From a virus: a DNA stretch of 64,000 nt. The notes under the pieces were generated by a model. That model saw nothing but the letters and a program-made list of their open reading frames with translations, was not told the DNA's origin and made no database searches. Positions 27,602 to 37,484 of this stretch are shown piece by piece. Position numbers and translations under genes: made by a program. The stretch covers positions 1 through 64,000 of the IMG/VR virus record IMGVR_UViG_3300047554_000685. One strand, given 5' to 3'. Each line of letters opens with the position of its first letter. Position 1 is the first letter of the stretch.

Positions 27602-29004
27602 CAGCGCACTCGGAAGATTTTTCCGTTGTTCCCTGGTCTAGTGTTTGGAATTCGACGATCAGATAGAGATTTAGCTCGAATCTTACCGCCAGAGAAGCCT
27701 GCTGGTGGCTTGATCAGCAGAGCGGTGAGTGCGTGGACGAGTGCATCAACTCGGTCAGGTGATTTACCTTCTCCAGGCACCCAAGAGATCATTTGCGATT
27801 CCAAGTCCGCCAAATAGCCAACGTGATGGACACGATGTTGCTCATATGCAAGGGTGATAGGCTCTGCTCGGAGCGCTTTTCCTTGCTTGGAGTGGACTTC
27901 GAGGACCTTAATAGTTGGGTCGATGGTGTTAATCGCGTTGCGTACAAGTGCACCGCCTTGATTAACTTCCGCAACAACAGGGCAACCCCACTTGCGAGCC
28001 ATTTTAACAACTTGGTTTGCCCAGACGTCTGGCGATCCGTGAACCGACGCGTCTTCGAGTACCCACGCTTGCCTTTTGTAAAGGTCATGCTCAGAAGTCG
28101 AAGCACAAACCACAATACCGCACTCATCTCTCGGATTTTCCGCAACAGATGGATCAACTCCAATCACTCTTAGTGGCGTAGAGAGTGGGTAATACCCTTC
28201 TCGCCCAGCTTCAATCATTTCCTCGGTCCATAGAGCACCCTCCATGGCTTCAAGCATTTCACCGTAGAGTTCCTGACGAGCAAGGGATGTTCCCTCATAA
28301 ACACCAAGCATGGTGTCAAGATACGCACCAGAAAGGTTACCCGCATTGTCCATTGTTGAACCTCGAGTGATCTTTACGATCTCACCTTTCATGGACTCTT
28401 CGATAAGTTTGTAAAGAAGCGGTGTTCGCTTCGGGGTAGTAGTAACTAAAATTTTTGGATTAGCGCCAAGACGGGTACCAACACGTAAGTTATCAAACGC
28501 AGTCATACCTGCGGCATCTGGAGTTTGACGCCAAGCTGCAATCTCATCGCCCCAGGCGTGAGTGAACTGAGGACCACGGAGTGAGTCAGGCTCATCGGCG
28601 GTAAAGAGTGTAGCGGTGTTTCCGTTAGGCCAAGTTAGACGGCGCTTCGAAGGCTCGTAGAGTGGACGCTCGCTCGGAGGGGTTACGTTCAGGATTCCTG
28701 ACTCACCTTCAACGATAACGTCACGCACGTCAGCTGCGGTACGTGCAACAAGACCAAAGCGACGCTGGCCGGTGTTGGTGTATTTAGCTTCTTCGCGTAC
28801 CCACTCAGAAGCGAGACGAGTCTTACCGAAACCACGTCCAGCTAAGACAAGCCAGATATTCCAATCACCCGGTGGAGCCTGCTGTTCTGGGCGACCCCAG
28901 ACGGACCAGTCCCACATTAGTACTTCGGGATCTAGTCCAGCCAACGCCTCGCGTTGCTCGTCTGGAGGTAGGAGCGCGATCTGCTCCATTATGCTTTTGC
29001 CCAT
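27601..29004 (-). CDS. terL: terminase large subunit
   Basis: Walker A 'AGRGFGKT', 'LRGPQF..AWGDE', 'TTTP', nuclease 'GVDPS' and 'SPDRVDALVHA'. Confidence 0.96.
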   Translation of the reverse strand: MGKSIMEQIALLPPDEQREALAGLDPEVLMWDWSVWGRPEQQAPPGDWNIWLVLAGRGFGKTRLASEWVREEAKYTNTGQRRFGLVARTAADVRDVIVEGESGILNVTPPSERPLYEPSKRRLTWPNGNTATLFTADEPDSLRGPQFTHAWGDEIAAWRQTPDAAGMTAFDNLRVGTRLGANPKILVTTTPKRTPLLYKLIEESMKGEIVKITRGSTMDNAGNLSGAYLDTMLGVYEGTSLARQELYGEMLEAMEGALWTEEMIEAGREGYYPLSTPLRVIGVDPSVAENPRDECGIVVCASTSEHDLYKRQAWVLEDASVHGSPDVWANQVVKMARKWGCPVVAEVNQGGALVRNAINTIDPTIKVLEVHSKQGKALRAEPITLAYEQHRVHHVGYLADLESQMISWVPGEGKSPDRVDALVHALTALLIKPPAGFSGGKIRAKSLSDRRIPNTRPGNNGKIFRVR

Positions 29005-29013
29005 GCTATTAGT

Positions 29014-29625
29014 CTAGCTTAGCCAGCGTTTTTCTAGGTCAGCAAAAATATACTGGTTAAACCTAAAAGCAAGAACTACCTCGTCAATAAAAATTTTTGT
29101 GTCGGCAGTAGAAAGATTTAGACTGTCAAGTCCCTCGCGGTAGGTCTCTTTGTATCGGACCTTATCATCTATTTCGTCAAACTCATAGAAAGACAGAAAG
29201 TTTGGCGGAATCATCAGATTGCGCATAACAAGAGTCGCGATCGCCTGACCACCTGAAAGATCTCCGAGGTAGCGGGTGTAGTGGTGCGCTAGTAGGCGCG
29301 TCCAATCTTTATTTTGAACAAGAAAGCTAATGTGGTCGGCGTATTCCGTGGTGCTTCGGCAGATTAGTTTTGATCCACCAAGTGACTCTATGTCGCAAAC
29401 GATTCGCTCGAAACGGTCAAGCCTGCGGTCAAACATTGGCCACGGATTGCTTTGGTCGTCCCAAGCCTCTAGAGCACCGTAAATTGGAGCTAATTGGGTT
29501 AGGTAGTCTCGGTAAGCATCGGCCCCCACTTCACCGCGCATGAGTGCAATCATAAACGGGCTACGTTCGGCAGCTGTGTGAGCCTCTTTAGAGGCCTCTT
29601 TAACAAGTTGTGAAAGCATAATCAT
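29014..29625 (-). CDS. biliverdin-producing heme oxygenase (auxiliary metabolic gene)
   Basis: 'H..AE.SPFM', 'AHHYTRYLGDLSGGQ', 'AFRFN' HO signatures. Confidence 0.92.
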   Translation of the reverse strand: MIMLSQLVKEASKEAHTAAERSPFMIALMRGEVGADAYRDYLTQLAPIYGALEAWDDQSNPWPMFDRRLDRFERIVCDIESLGGSKLICRSTTEYADHISFLVQNKDWTRLLAHHYTRYLGDLSGGQAIATLVMRNLMIPPNFLSFYEFDEIDDKVRYKETYREGLDSLNLSTADTKIFIDEVVLAFRFNQYIFADLEKRWLS

Positions 29626-29662
29626 CCTAAGTCGTTGGGATATGATTTTAGCATATCAGCTC

Positions 29663-29956
29663 TTACGTCCACTCAAGCGTCTCTGGTTCGAACTCTAGTT
29701 TTGCAAACTTGTATAGGTGTTTGGCAAGAATAAACTTGATCTTTTCTAGGGACTCTTCTGAATCAGATACCGCCATTAGTCGGATCATGTTGCTGTCTGG
29801 GATAACCATCGCTTCAGCCGCGCCTAAGCCTGGAAAAAGAAGGAAGCCCTCGTAGAGGGCCGCCTTCTTAGACAAATGAGAGTTAAGCTGCTTAACATAC
29901 CGTTCAGCGCGTTCAATCTCTAGGTAGTGAAAAACCTTGAAGGCAAACCCGGGCAT
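29663..29956 (-). CDS. DUF2218-like protein
   Basis: 'RAERYVKQLNSH' ... 'HLYKFA..E..LEW'. Confidence 0.65.
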   Translation of the reverse strand: MPGFAFKVFHYLEIERAERYVKQLNSHLSKKAALYEGFLLFPGLGAAEAMVIPDSNMIRLMAVSDSEESLEKIKFILAKHLYKFAKLEFEPETLEWT

Positions 29957-29957
29957 T

Positions 29958-30512
29958 TTACTTAATGCGATTCTCTGCGGAGATCGGAGTATAAACCTTA
30001 GAGGTTGCCGTTACTGGCTTCTTGTAGCCGTAGCGTGCAAGACGGAAGCGTAGGGCTCCGTGAGTAACGCCGAGACGCTTAGCAAGACGGTAAAGGGTAA
30101 CGCCTTCTACGGTATGCGCGTGATTTAGTAGGCGCGTGTACTCCTCGGCCTCTTCACGGTACTTCTTACCGTTAGAGCGGACCTGCTGTGCGTACGGCTG
30201 AAGTTCTAGCAGACGCTCAAGCGTAGCTTCAGAAGGCTCTACGTAAACAGGCTTTGGCTTCTCTGGCTTTAGCGGTGGCTCTGGAAGTTCTAGGCGGGTG
30301 TGAAAGCCTGGAATGCTGGTCTTTGCAATCTGGCGGACGCGCTCACGGGTTAGCCCGGACGCTCCTGAGATCGCCTCGAGAGTCCAGCCCTTATCACGTA
30401 GCTCACGGATCAGCTGGTCTCGGAAGTCGGTTGATACAGAATCAGCAAAGATGTCGTAGATAACCTTCGGCAGCTTCTGGTTCTTCTTGATGTATTCGTT
30501 CATTTTTGTCAT
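29958..30512 (-). CDS. double HTH DNA-binding protein
   Basis: 'WTLEAISGASGLTRERVRQI' and 'VTLYRLAKRLGVTHGALRFRL'. Confidence 0.75.
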   Translation of the reverse strand: MTKMNEYIKKNQKLPKVIYDIFADSVSTDFRDQLIRELRDKGWTLEAISGASGLTRERVRQIAKTSIPGFHTRLELPEPPLKPEKPKPVYVEPSEATLERLLELQPYAQQVRSNGKKYREEAEEYTRLLNHAHTVEGVTLYRLAKRLGVTHGALRFRLARYGYKKPVTATSKVYTPISAENRIK

Positions 30513-30784
30513 TACTTTCGTGGTCGCTTGATTGCTTTCATTACAACAGGGGTTAAAGTTATCACGTAATCCTCGCTGTCAACGTGAGACGTAATTCGTA
30601 CATCAATAACGTTGATCATTGATTCAATCAGTGAAACAATTCGGTGAATGTCCTCTACAGGTCCAATCGGGCTAGCAACAATCTCTACCGTGCAATCAAG
30701 CATGTCAAATAGCTGGGTTAGATGAATGTTGTCGCGAAACTCTTCGTAACTAGTTGTTTCGATTACTATCGGTGCGTCTCGCAA
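30512..30784 (-). CDS. hypothetical protein
   Basis: ORF track, coupled to neighbours. Confidence 0.55.
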   Translation of the reverse strand: MRDAPIVIETTSYEEFRDNIHLTQLFDMLDCTVEIVASPIGPVEDIHRIVSLIESMINVIDVRITSHVDSEDYVITLTPVVMKAIKRPRK

Positions 30785-30929
30785 AGTTCTCTCCGTCTCC
30801 TAGGTCATGGATTGATCCGTCATCTTCTACTAATGCCCTATATAGAACACTCGCAGTCCAAAACAGAACTGATAGAACAATAACTGTAAAAGTGAGAATT
30901 GTCAAAATTACAATCAAAGCGTTAATCAT
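30750..30929 (-). CDS. small membrane protein (59 aa, not in track)
   Basis: MINALIVILTILTFTVIVLSVLFW... single TM. Confidence 0.55.
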   Translation of the reverse strand: MINALIVILTILTFTVIVLSVLFWTASVLYRALVEDDGSIHDLGDGENFARRTDSNRNN

Positions 30930-30931
30930 TT

Positions 30932-31147
30932 TTAATCCCTACCGCTGAGAATAGCTAGTGCAATAGAGGTAAGAGCCAGCGTGATTGCGACAGCGGTGCC
31001 GGCAAGAATGCTTGCGGCGGAGGGGGCGGGGTTCGTAGTAGTAGACGCCACTAATCCAATCGAAACAGCAAACGCGGAGAAAGCTGCAAGGACTGAGAGC
31101 GTAGATGGCCATGAGATCTGGCGAAGGAAAAGAATGAAGCGTGTCAT
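30932..31147 (-). CDS. small 2-TM membrane protein
   Basis: Two hydrophobic helices. Confidence 0.6.
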   Translation of the reverse strand: MTRFILFLRQISWPSTLSVLAAFSAFAVSIGLVASTTTNPAPSAASILAGTAVAITLALTSIALAILSGRD

Positions 31148-31345
31148 TTAATGGACGTCCTTATGCGGGTAGACGACGCCTAAGAGCGCCGAAGGTTCGT
31201 TGTTGTTCTTGTGCTTACGGTAGAGCTTGTAGAAGTGGAATAGACGCACGAGAAAGTAAATGCCGACCCCAGCAAAGAAAAGAATTGCAAAAGGGTCGGC
31301 ACTTACTACCGCTACGGTGTCACTTGTTGGGGTCGTATTTGCCAT
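31148..31345 (-). CDS. small membrane protein, leaderless
   Basis: TTGACA-16-TATGCT promoter 6 nt upstream of ATG 31345. Confidence 0.6.
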   Translation of the reverse strand: MANTTPTSDTVAVVSADPFAILFFAGVGIYFLVRLFHFYKLYRKHKNNNEPSALLGVVYPHKDVH

Positions 31346-31368
31346 ACAACAAGCATACACCTTATGGT

Positions 31369-31968
31369 TTAGTTGTCAAGCAGATTTCTATACGTAATTT
31401 TGGAATAGTTTCCTGCGAATTGCTCAACGGACTCGATACGAGTCACCTCACCCTTACGTGGAGCATGGATCATCAATCCATCGCCAATATAAATTGCAGT
31501 GTGGTACGCAGACTTGTATCCCTTGTAGGTGAATACAACGATGTCACCTGGAGTAGGGGCGTCTGTTACTTTTCCTGCTTTACCTTGGATTGATGCACGG
31601 TGCTCAAGGGTGATTCCTACTTGTTCGTAGGCCCAAAGCACGAGACCAGAACAGTCCCAACCTTGTGGGGTGGTTCCGGAGAAGACGTACCATGTTTTCC
31701 CAACTGTCTTATGCAGCTTGGAGATCATGCCGTCTAGTTTTGTTCGGTTTGCCTCAAGCTGGCGAGCTTGCTCAGCTTGTTCCTCTAGAAGAGTCTTTTC
31801 TACTTGCATAGCAAAGACGGTTTCCATTAGATCCTCCGGTTCGTGCTCAAGGACTGAGACGATTCCCGTAGGGGCGTTTGTTACTTGTGCTCCCGGAGGC
31901 AGTGTCCCAGCTGTCGTAGCTGTGGCTGCCGTAGTGGATGCAGTCAGTAGAAATGTTAACCATTTCAT
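31369..31968 (-). CDS. secreted NlpC/P60 (C40) peptidoglycan peptidase
   Basis: 'WDCSGLV', 'PGDIVVF', 'HTAIYIGDGLMIHAP'; signal-like N-term; GGAAAGGT RBS. Confidence 0.92.
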   Translation of the reverse strand: MKWLTFLLTASTTAATATTAGTLPPGAQVTNAPTGIVSVLEHEPEDLMETVFAMQVEKTLLEEQAEQARQLEANRTKLDGMISKLHKTVGKTWYVFSGTTPQGWDCSGLVLWAYEQVGITLEHRASIQGKAGKVTDAPTPGDIVVFTYKGYKSAYHTAIYIGDGLMIHAPRKGEVTRIESVEQFAGNYSKITYRNLLDN

Positions 31969-31969
31969 T

Positions 31970-32160
31970 TAGCGCCTACCTTTCCTTTGAGAGTAATTTC
32001 TCGGCGTTTATTGTCTTGGTGTTTCATCAATATTCAGTTATAAACGGAGAGCCTATCACGTAGGGGCGTCTATTGCAACTCGAAATATCCAGAGATGCAA
32101 AAAAGCACACCCTGAGCTTTTATTGCTCGGATGTGCTCTCCGTAGGATCTATTTTACACC
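31970..32160 (-). promoter_or_regulatory. structured 5' leader: TAAAAT -10, terminator-like hairpin, long-range stem, boxA-like TTTATAACTGAATA
   Basis: Hairpin 32104-32137 with U-tract on - strand; ACGGAGAGC (32044-52) pairs with GCTCTCCGT (32135-43). Confidence 0.5.
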
Positions 32161-32953
32161 CGTAGGAGCGTCTATTATTTGGATCGGGGCTTGACTTTTT
32201 GCTGAAGTATGGTACCCCTGGACGATTTTTTTGAAAATTTGTGGAGCCCGATTTTATAAATAGGGGCGTCTATTTGACCGAGGAATTTGCAGAAGGGGGG
32301 TACTATGCTATATTGATCGCTAGGTGCTTTTGGCGGGTGAGACGGCAGTTGTTGATCTGAGGCCGCCCCGAAATTGTTTCCTAAAAGTAGGGGGTATCGG
32401 GTCTTCGTTCGATGTATGCCTTTTTCTTTTTATTTTCTAATTTTTTCCTTTTTCCAAACTTGCTAATCAAAAAAAGACTATGTGCCTATGTCTAAGGGGG
32501 GGGGTCAAAAGTCTAAAAACTAGGTCATAACTTCTAATCATTTTTTATGTGTTTTTGTGTGTCTTTGTGTGTTGTTATGTATACGAAACTTCTTACGAAA
32601 CTTTGGGGGTCATTCTAAGTTTGCCTAGGGGCTAACAACCTATCAACGAAACCAAGGCTAGGGGTCTAGGGGGTTAGCCTAATCCTGGCGAGCCAAGGCG
32701 AACTTCTGTCAAGTTTCCAAGCTTTCATTTCGATCAAAATTGGTCTTGTGTGTTTGTGAATGTGTGTCTAGTCAAGACTTGCGCCAACAAAATTAAAAAC
32801 ACTTTCCCGGGCGCATAAACCGCGAGCGCGAATCAACCAACAACTAGCCAACAACCAACTAACGGTAACGGCAAGCTGCGAGCAACTTTGACGGCAACGG
32901 CAAAAGAAAACCCCCTAGGGGGCTAGGGGGCTTTCGGTTTACCGCTTTGGGGG

Positions 32954-33187
32954 TTAGCGGTAAGTCTTTGCTAGGCGGTATCCGTATGCCTTCACCGCGA
33001 GCGCGGTAATCACCGCAACCGCGCTAACCGCAAGAATAATCGGGTAAGCAACTTCACCGAATCGGCTTAGGTCATTAGCCATTGACAACCCGTAATAATC
33101 CGCGCTAACAAAAACGGCAACAGCAATCGCGCCATAAATAACCGCGCTAAGGGTTGCTTGCGCCTTCTCAAACTTTGTAATGTTCAT
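32954..33187 (-). CDS. small membrane protein
   Basis: Own promoter, GAAAGGGAAA RBS, terminator; 2 TM. Confidence 0.8.
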   Translation of the reverse strand: MNITKFEKAQATLSAVIYGAIAVAVFVSADYYGLSMANDLSRFGEVAYPIILAVSAVAVITALAVKAYGYRLAKTYR

Positions 33188-33343
33188 TTCATTTCCCTTT
33201 CGTTTTGCTAGGCGGTATCACCTAACACTTCTAATTTACCAACCCTAAACCATTTGTCAAGGGTTTCCGCAAACATTTTTTCGAGCGTGTCGCGGTAAAG
33301 AAAAACCCCTAGCCACAATCGGCTAGGGGCTTTCCGTAAGTTG

Positions 33344-33583
33344 TTAGAGACTTGTCTCAAACTTTTCTTCGGCAACCAAAACATCGTTTCCGTTTTCATC
33401 GCGGTAAGCGAATCCACGAACTACAACGCTAACGCCCGCGCGTGGTGTCGAGTAAAAGTCTACAATCGAGCGAAACTTTTCTTCGCCGTAAGTCTCATAG
33501 ACATAGGTCATTGTCTGGCCATCTTCGTAAGTAACTTCGGCTACGGTTGTTACGATGGTCTTTGTGGTGTCTACTACTAGCAT
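33344..33583 (-). CDS. hypothetical protein
   Basis: Own promoter, RBS and terminator. Confidence 0.8.
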   Translation of the reverse strand: MLVVDTTKTIVTTVAEVTYEDGQTMTYVYETYGEEKFRSIVDFYSTPRAGVSVVVRGFAYRDENGNDVLVAEEKFETSL

Positions 33584-33787
33584 TTCATTTCCCTTTCGTT
33601 TTCATAAACCTTTTGGCTTATGTAATAAGCATACTGTATCTAAGCAACTTGTCAAGTCAATTCCAAAACTTTTTTCCTGGCGCGTCGTTTCGATCAAAAT
33701 TGTTTGCCACCGCGAGCGCGTGTCCACCTAATCACCGCAAAAGAAAACCCCCATCCCTTTCGGGCTAGGGGCTTTCTCGCTTTCCCT

Positions 33788-34090
33788 TTACTTCGTGGTA
33801 AGGGTCAAAACATCGGTGAACTTCACCAAGGCTTCGTATGCTTCTGGGTAAGTTGCTTCGAACTCTTCCCAATCGTTTACCGAACGGCGAACACTCTCAA
33901 CAACTTCGGCGATTACTTCGCCAGTCTTTGGGTCTGCGATTACGGTTGCGGTGTTGCCAGTTTCTGCCAAGACAACTTTACGAATCGCGCTCTCGCGGTT
34001 TGCTAGGTCTGCCTTTGCCTTCTTCACATCAACCAATTCGGCGATTAGTGAAACTAGGTCTACTGCTACGGTTGCGGTCTTTGCGGTCAT
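33788..34090 (-). CDS. hypothetical coiled-coil protein, paralog of 39569..39868
   Basis: Shared 'IAEVVES.RRS.NDW..FEATYPEAYEALVKFTDVLTL'. Confidence 0.85.
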   Translation of the reverse strand: MTAKTATVAVDLVSLIAELVDVKKAKADLANRESAIRKVVLAETGNTATVIADPKTGEVIAEVVESVRRSVNDWEEFEATYPEAYEALVKFTDVLTLTTK

Positions 34091-34221
34091 TTCATTTCCC
34101 TTTCGTTTTTTGTATCTAAGCCTTTTGGCTTATGAAATAAGCATAAGCGGTATTTTTTCTTTTGTCAAGTCAATTCGAGAAAATTTTTATAACAGGTTTA
34201 TAACGGTAAATTGGCAGTCAA

Positions 34222-34560
34222 CCCGGCAGACTGCTAACCAACTTCCAACCAAGGCCGCGAGCGCGAGCTGCTTCTAACCCGGGTCTTTCCGGTTGCGAGC
34301 TGCTTCTGGTCCGGCAAACTTTCAACGAATAGCCCGGCTAGGTCCGGCAGGTAGCCCGGCGCGAGCTGCGCCTTTCCGGTATCAGTCCGGCCGATGAGCT
34401 GCCAACTTCCAACCAATTAGCCGCGTCAAGCTGCGAACAAACCCGGCTATTCCGGTGAACAACCCGGCTAGGTCCGGCGTATGAGCTGCTAACAAACCCG
34501 GCGCGAGCTGCCAAAAACTTCGGTCGATCGACCAACAAGCTGCGAGCAATTTCGATCAAA
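34222..34560. repeat. CCGG / AGCTGC-dense spacer
   Basis: 14 CCGG, 8 AGCTGC and 2 GATC in ~340 bp. Confidence 0.9.
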
Positions 34561-34626
34561 ATTAGAAACCGCGAGCGCGTAAAAAAGAAAACCCCCGCTT
34601 TCGCGAGGGCTTTCCATTTCTTCGGG

Positions 34627-34797
34627 CTAAAAGTTTTCGTTTACCCATTCGAGCATTTCTTCGTAGGTTGCGCCGTCAACATACATTTTGGCAAGGTCTT
34701 CGTTTTCTGCGAGCAACCAAGCGTCTACGGTTGTTTCTGCCGACAAGCGCATTAGCAAGTGTCGAACAGTGTTTGCGGTCTTTGCGTCTAGTGCCAT
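34627..34797 (-). CDS. 56-aa hypothetical protein
   Basis: Start MALDAK after GAAAGGGAAA RBS. Confidence 0.75.
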   Translation of the reverse strand: MALDAKTANTVRHLLMRLSAETTVDAWLLAENEDLAKMYVDGATYEEMLEWVNENF

Positions 34798-34909
34798 TTT
34801 GTTTCCCTTTCGTCTTTCGGCTTTCTGCCGATAAGTCAAGTATGGCAGACTTCCAACGAAAACACAACAACCGCCACATTGGGCGGTTGCGTGTCGCGAG
34901 CGTGTCGCG

Positions 34910-35335
34910 CTAGAACAAGTCTTCGTCTTCTTCTTCGGCAACTTCAAAAGTAAACTCACCAGTGCCAACTGGCTCATCGTGAGAGTAGCGAACAGCGGTA
35001 AGCGTCTTCGCGCCTTCTGTAATCTTGAACCTTAGTGTCCAATCGCCATTGATAGACAACTTCTCAACAAGCGTCTTCGGTGTCGCGTAAGCGTATCCGC
35101 TCAAGCGTTGCCAAGTCATTCCACTTCCGCGAATGATTAGGTTAGTGTCTTCATCGTAGCCATTGGCTTCCATCCAAGGCTTGATAACTTCATACCACAA
35201 GTTGCTAACTTCATCGTCATAGCAACCCCAACACTCATTGCTAGGCGATGACGTTTCAGTCTCTTCATCGTAGTCTTCGCAAATACAAGAATTGGTAATC
35301 TCGAATGTTTCGAATTCGGTTGATACAGTTTCCAT
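34910..35335 (-). CDS. acidic hypothetical protein with CxC/CxxC
   Basis: Own promoter and RBS. Confidence 0.8.
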   Translation of the reverse strand: METVSTEFETFEITNSCICEDYDEETETSSPSNECWGCYDDEVSNLWYEVIKPWMEANGYDEDTNLIIRGSGMTWQRLSGYAYATPKTLVEKLSINGDWTLRFKITEGAKTLTAVRYSHDEPVGTGEFTFEVAEEEDEDLF

Positions 35336-35581
35336 TTTGTTTCCCTTTCTTTATCGCCTTTCGGCTAATCCAAGTATCCCGCGTTTCTCATAAAAAGTCA
35401 AGCAACTTCCAACGAATGTTTTCGAGTTGCGAGCTGCGCGGATCGATCGACCATTGGCCAGGGCCGGTGCCGCGAGCGCGTTTTTGATCAAAATCCGCGA
35501 GCGCGAGCTTTCCGAATCTAGGCGTGATAAAAGGCCAGTTTAGAGACTTAGCCTAGGTCTTTTTTCGTAGGGAAACGAAAC

Positions 35582-35953
35582 TTAGTGAGAGTGTTCCATT
35601 GCTTTCAGAACAACTTCCATAATCTTATCAGTTTGTTCACTAGTGAGAGTTTCAATCTCACCATCGTAGTCTTCGCCACCAGTGATTAGAACATTGCCAA
35701 CGATGAAATCAGTCTGTCCGTATGAGTCTTCCCAAATAGCCGTAGCCAACTCATTTAGCGGAAGGTCTGAAAACTTACCTTCTTCGTTTAGCCACATTGA
35801 CAAGCCACTTAGTGAACCTGCCAACGGAACAACCTGAACCCAACCCCCAACGAATGTTTGTAAAAATTCGAGCGAGATTACTTCGTGAGTTTCGTCCCCA
35901 AAAACAAATCCGCCGTCTTCATTGGTGCGAATTGCGAATACCTTTGTAGTCAT
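35582..35953 (-). CDS. DUF3846-family protein
   Basis: 'LQTFVGGWVQ..MWLNEEGK..LPLNELAT..DFIVGNVLITG'. Confidence 0.8.
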   Translation of the reverse strand: MTTKVFAIRTNEDGGFVFGDETHEVISLEFLQTFVGGWVQVVPLAGSLSGLSMWLNEEGKFSDLPLNELATAIWEDSYGQTDFIVGNVLITGGEDYDGEIETLTSEQTDKIMEVVLKAMEHSH

Positions 35954-36166
35954 TTTGTTTCCCTTTCGTAAGTGCTAGAACCCCTAGCAATTTCTAGTTT
36001 AGCGTTTTGCGATAAAAAGTCAAATCAATTTCTTGACATCCATAGACAACCAACAGCTGCGAGCAATAGTAGTCCTGGCACGATCGAATTTGGATAACCA
36101 ATAGCGAAACCCATAATAAAAATAAAACCTAACCCAACGGCAAGGCCACGCCAAATAATCGCAAAC

Positions 36167-36713
36167 TCAGAATTGCGCCTTGACACTTTGCCACCACTTC
36201 CAAATCGCGGTTAGAGGCTTGCGCTCTTGACGACGGCGACCGTGGCGACCACCTTTGACATACGACTTATGCGCGAGCGTCTGCGTAACGTGAAAAGTCC
36301 GAAACGCTACTGAACCAATTGCGCGCCAAAACTTCTCCATAAAACGGTGATACCTAATCACGACTAACTCCACTTCCGAATTGTAATTGTGCGACCAACG
36401 AACTCAACATCCAACGCGATACCAGTTTCATTCACGACTTCAAATTCCATTCCGTCAAAAATTGAAAACAATTCTGGCTTTGCGTCATACTCCGCGAGCG
36501 CGCCAAACACTTCAAGCGCGGTCTTGCGTGCGTTCATAATTTCTTTGCGCCTTTGGTAGCGACTTACGCTTTCGAGATTACTGCCCATTTTTTTGCCCTT
36601 TCTTCTTTACACTCTACACAAATTTGACGGCTAGTGTAGGTGCCAATCCAAGCGACCCTAATCGCTTTACCACATTCCCAACAACCAATCCAAATCGTAT
36701 CTTGCTTTGACAT
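36167..36713 (-). CDS. three small coupled ORFs (36564-36713, 36364-36588, 36167-36373)
   Basis: Single promoter/RBS upstream of 36713; overlapping ORFs. Confidence 0.6.
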
Positions 36714-36896
36714 TTGGTTTCCCCTTTCTAGGTAATTCCAGATTAGCCTAGTTTGTATAATCGCGCAACAACCAAACTTCCGCGTGTCAAGCTTGACCGC
36801 GAGCGCGGATCGACCATCGATCAAAATCAGCTGCGACCGGCCAGGCTAGATAAAGAAAAAGGGTGACCACCGGCCACCCTATCTCCACGAATCTGA

Positions 36897-37484
36897 TTAC
36901 TTGAACATTCGTAATTGTTCAGCAAACCAATCGTCAAAATCTCCATCGCAACTTTCACACAACGGATGAACTTGACCAACGAATGCTTCAATCTCGGTTT
37001 CGCATTTGTAGCAAGTTGTAGTTTCTTTGGTTTCCATCGTTTCCCTTTCCACTTCCATTCTACAAGCCCAACTGAACTTTTGTGCCGAACTCTGTGATAA
37101 TTTCATCGAATCCATCTTGCTCAAGAACTTCAGCGAAATCCATTCCCGTATAGTCTTCGATGCGCTCAATCAAATCGGGCGACAGGTTATCTGTGTCAAG
37201 AACATAGACAGGGTGCTCATTGTGATACTGCCACCAATCACCATTTACATTCGCAACATACTTAGCCATTATGCGCTCCACGCTCCCCAATCCAAATCAC
37301 TTGCTTCACGCTGTGAATCTGACCAAGCGGTTTCTCCATAGAAATACTTGACCTTGCCACTTTCTTTGTTTGTCATACGCCAGTAGTCTTCTGCGAATAC
37401 TGCTGTGCCAGTTGCCAACTCCACGACTTTGCTATCGTAGATAACTTCCCAACTCTTTACTAATGAAACGCTAGGCTTTGCCAT
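36897..37484 (-). CDS. three small ORFs (37269-37484, 37060-37269, 36897-37037 with CxxC-CxxC)
   Basis: RBS GAAAGG before 37484 and 37037; coupled starts. Confidence 0.7.

Noticed and set aside
1178-28370. Numerous + strand ORFs in the structural region (e.g. 2996-3583, 10974-11564)
   Set aside because: Antisense shadows of well-supported - strand genes; no RBS or domain signal.
31970-32160. c-di-AMP (ydaO) riboswitch upstream of NlpC/P60
   Set aside because: Expected conserved ydaO blocks were not recognisable; kept only as a generic structured leader.
34234-34559. ORFs 34234-34416 and 34338-34559
   Set aside because: Lie in the CCGG/AGCT spacer, lack the cassette RBS, and give implausible products.
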